Shown here: one piece after another, positions 60,405 to 64,000 of the stretch
Position numbering within the stretch: the stretch's first letter is position 1
Layout: every line of letters begins with the position of its first letter
From: Marsupella aquatica
Taxonomy: Eukaryota; Plantae; Marchantiophyta
Assembly: GCA_973895155.1 (NCBI GenBank)
Contig: OZ316891.1
Span: 840,143-904,142 of the forward strand
Direction of reading: 5' to 3'
Length of the DNA: 64,000 nucleotides
The notes under the pieces: model-generated
The model's database searches: none
Seen by the model: only the letters and a program-made list of their open reading frames with translations
What the model was told of the DNA's origin: nothing
Made by a program: the position numbers and the translations under genes

Positions 60405-62429
60405 TACTCACCCTCCATGTTGTAGATTAAAATGAAATCTAACAATCTCCCCAAGCAAATTTTGCTCTTGATATCAATCAGCCTCCATAAAGGGATGGAG
60501 CAAAGTGAAAAGCCAACTAAACTGGTAACTGGTGAGCAGTCACAAACTCGAGCTATGTTGTAATTTTCCCAATTGTGCCAAATTCATGGAAAAGAACGAA
60601 CATCAGTCCTTGGAGCATTTCTTGAGGACACAGATTCTTACATGATGTCCCACACATGGGAAACAAGAAAAGCCTGTATATTGTGGATCTTCAAACTTCA
60701 GTTAGTACTAACATGCAGTTTCGAATATTATACTTTAAATGCCTCAAGAAGTTCTTTCATGTTATTGCCTGATCATTAGTCCGTGAACACCTCTCCGTCA
60801 TTAAAGATTAAACGACAGTCCCGACAAGATTTCAATAACGACACAATCAAAGATCAGATCTTATCTGAAGGTGATTCACGACGTAATAAAGGGGCGGGTG
60901 ACCGGGCCCGTTCACAGTCCGATCCAATTTCCATTCTTTTGAGGGACGGGGGATCTCTGGCTTCTTCAGGTAACATGTCCAAACTATGGCACAACTCAAA
61001 TTCTACAGGAAGTTTCTCGAGATGAACCGTTTGCGAGTCTTTCCGTGAGATTCCTCATGCGTTCCATCTCCGAAGTCAAAGCACTCTTGGTTTCATCATG
61101 TTGGTGTGCCCCACTTGTTCTTCTGGGCGGCCCGGGTTTGTCTCTCCTGCATTTTTTTCTGTTTATTACAAAAAAGCAGTTACTCCTACTAAGTAAACCC
61201 AGCTGCCCTTTCGTCGGGGAGGCTAGACTACAAACCCGCCGCCAACGTGAGGACAACTCCATGTCCAAACGCGCACATGTCTATGGCCGAAGAGCGATAT
61301 TACAAATCAAGCAGCCAAGTCTGAAAGCCGTCACACTCGTGAAACTAATAACCAAGATATTTCCAGGGAGAACTAACAAACCACTTTGTACAGTCAGCCG
61401 ATGAATTATAATGGTTTTTAAAAGGTTTAGCAAGCTTTGAAACCCTAGCGTCGAATTTTTCCTGTAAGCGAAATGGTAACCACTCCAGATTATAACTGCC
61501 GGTTTTCCAGTATTGCAGCAGATGATTCATGAGAGTGTCACTCAGAAAGTTGTTGATCGAGATGCTTCAAGCGCTAGCTTGATCAATGTCTTCAGATAGC
61601 TAGATGAACTGGGGATCACGTTTTGCAACAATCTATATAATTTGTGTACATGAAACAGTAGTTCTTAGAAATTAAGCAGAGATAAGCCCTAAACTGGCAC
61701 TTGACAAGCTTAGACCCAGACCCGTGTGATATGACGTAGCCGCGTCCAACAGAGTCGGATTTCGAGCTCGTCGATCAGCCCTTTGAACGAACCAAATTGC
61801 GCTTTCACTAAGTGCTGTGCAATTTTCAGATTCCAACCTAATTTCATTCCTGGTTCTTCCAAACAGAAACGAAGCCAAAAACTAGCTAGAACTGGTCTTT
61901 TAACACTGGAACAAAACGCAGTTTCCCTCCATACCTGATTGCAGAATGTATTTCAGAGCTGTCACTGTTTTTGTGAACAACTAGAGCAAGTTTTCGAAAT
62001 ACCACGGTTGTGATTCAATGTAAGCATTGTAACTTTATTGATCTACGTAATTTCTAATTCAAATGAGATGTGTGAACTGATGACAATGGACATGAGTGAC
62101 GTCCGTGAAATGTTTGTAATCAAGAAGGATTATGTGCAAGAGTGTGCAACTAGCTAACTAAACTATATGGTATCATACCGATAAGATTGCAGAATAATAA
62201 AAAGGTAAAGGTGACATAGATTAGGGGGAAAAACCGTTCTGTTCCGGAGAACATATATGGACTAGCAGAGCGAAATGGGAGGCAATATTGGAATCTACAA
62301 GCTTGACGAAGCTCGCATCAGAAATTAAGGCAATGCTGTCTGAAGCTGGCGTGTCGGTGCTTGAGCTATCTACTACATATGAGCAGCTCGTTGGAGGGCC
62401 AAATTGCAAAAGAGATTCTGCGATTTCTT

Positions 62430-63455
62430 TCAGTTGCTAGGATCGTAGGATGAAGGTGCGGTACTGGGGTACCAAAGAGGCTCTGGTGCGGAGGTATCTA
62501 TATCCCAACCAGCGACAAGGTTTTCCAAGGTATCACCTAATTGAAAATCCTTTTTCAATTTCAAGTTACTGCTGGCCCGCCGCAAATTGGCCTCATGCAC
62601 AGGATAGGTTGCAGTTTGAGAGTAACCTTGTGTTTCAGGAATCTGAGTGCGGCCAACAAACGAGAAATTGGGTTTTACGGAATGAAAACTGGCACCCTCA
62701 ATACTTTGGAGACCAGGAAGAAAAGAGCCAGGTTGAACATTCCCGTAGTCGGAGTTGATGCTGGGTTCTGCAGCTCTCTTTTTGAGTGCAGGACTCTTCT
62801 CAGTGCTCCCAACAAACGAATAATTGGGTTTTACGGAATGAAAGCTGGTAGATTCCCTCCGCTGGGTACCGGGAACGAAAGAACCAAGCGCAACATTACC
62901 GTACTCTGAGTCGGAGCTGGGTTCTGGAGCTGTAAACTTTTTGATTGATGAACTCTTCTCGAAGACTCGACAGACCACCCATTCTTGTTGATCGGATCGC
63001 GATTCATCCTCGAGCCTGTACTCGTGCATTACCCAGTTAGTCTTCTGTCCTTTGGGAGCACGGCCAGTGTAGAACACCAGAGTCTTCTTCATTCCTGTGA
63101 GCCGCCCGGCGCTCCTCGCCACAACTTCACGATCTTTGCCTGTGGCTTTCCAGTAGCCTGCCTCAGTAGCACGGTTTGTGCGCATGCCCGTAGGGTACTT
63201 CCTATCCTTGAGAGTGAAGAAGTAAAACGCGCTGTCATCTGTTTGTGCCCTTGCTTGAAGATCCCAAGGCTCGCACTTGTTGAAGTCCACCACTCCAATG
63301 GCTTGAAAAGTCTCACTACTGTTCAGAATTTTCTTCGTCAGATAATAACTTACGAGCTCCTCATCTGTAGGGTAGAAGCGGAAGCCAGGCGGTAAACGTG
63401 AACTCTCATAAGTCTGACCACCCCAACTATTGGGGTCGGAGTTCTGGAAAGACAT
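62430..63455 (-). CDS. NAC-domain transcription factor (CUC/NAC1-type), intronless
   Basis: [80 protein letters not shown] and EWVVCRVF lie in one open frame. Confidence 0.95.
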   Translation of the reverse strand: MSFQNSDPNSWGGQTYESSRLPPGFRFYPTDEELVSYYLTKKILNSSETFQAIGVVDFNKCEPWDLQARAQTDDSAFYFFTLKDRKYPTGMRTNRATEAGYWKATGKDREVVARSAGRLTGMKKTLVFYTGRAPKGQKTNWVMHEYRLEDESRSDQQEWVVCRVFEKSSSIKKFTAPEPSSDSEYGNVALGSFVPGTQRRESTSFHSVKPNYSFVGSTEKSPALKKRAAEPSINSDYGNVQPGSFLPGLQSIEGASFHSVKPNFSFVGRTQIPETQGYSQTATYPVHEANLRRASSNLKLKKDFQLGDTLENLVAGWDIDTSAPEPLWYPSTAPSSYDPSN

Positions 63456-64000
63456 CCCCTCAGAACGTACGCTTGAGACGTGCTTTCTACTCCTGCACCA
63501 GCACCAAATGTGTTGACAAGAGGTAAAATCAACGAGCTATCTTCTCGTTTGCTTCGTCGACGGGGCACTGCAGACTAATTGCAGCTCAGCCGCTCCAAAT
63601 CCAACGAACGCAAAATTCATGTAAGCCCTACCGCGAAAGATTTCTTCCTTCGCTTTCGTCGATCGAGGCCAGTGAAACTTGAGGTGCTTGAAGCCAAAAT
63701 TGGAGATCAGATCTCTTATAAGCAGGCCGTTTCGCCACTTTCTAGATACACCAATGAAACTCTATGATTGTAATCAGTTGCAAATAAAACTCGACAGCGC
63801 CACTCCCAAACTGCCCCTCCTGGATCTACAGATGACAACACAATTTCCTATCAACAATAGAGCCAAAATCAAAGCTGCCTGGAGGCTAAGCCTTCACCTC
63901 CCCTATTGCCGACGATGACTGGAACGAATCAGTCGGGCCGTCATATGGGAACTCTCTCGGGAACTTGCCTTCTATACAACCGAGTACTTCGTCAATCGGA

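Overview
Gene-dense nuclear DNA from a non-seed land plant, most likely a bryophyte and probably a liverwort. This is inferred from GT-AG introns, long leaders and the gene set. Ten host genes can be reconstructed: a PLAT/LH2-like membrane protein, an L-cysteine desulfhydrase-like PLP enzyme, tubulin cofactor A, a P-class PPR protein with an N-terminal CCHC zinc knuckle, a DnaJ protein, a BODYGUARD-like hydrolase, an RTE1/RTH-family protein, a Tas-like aldo-keto reductase, ELP6 and a CUC-type NAC factor. Intergenic blocks hold two solo LTRs of one family with exact 5-bp TSDs, two tRNA-type SINE copies, several TIR/MITE-like elements, minisatellites and decayed ORFs. The most unusual item is an intronless NTF2/SnoaL-like gene at 57323-57773. 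It resembles fungal meroterpenoid-tailoring proteins (AusH/AusJ/Trt14/PrhC type), carries a 1-nt frameshift, and is a candidate fungus-to-plant horizontal transfer. All family calls come from motif recognition by eye; no database searches were run.
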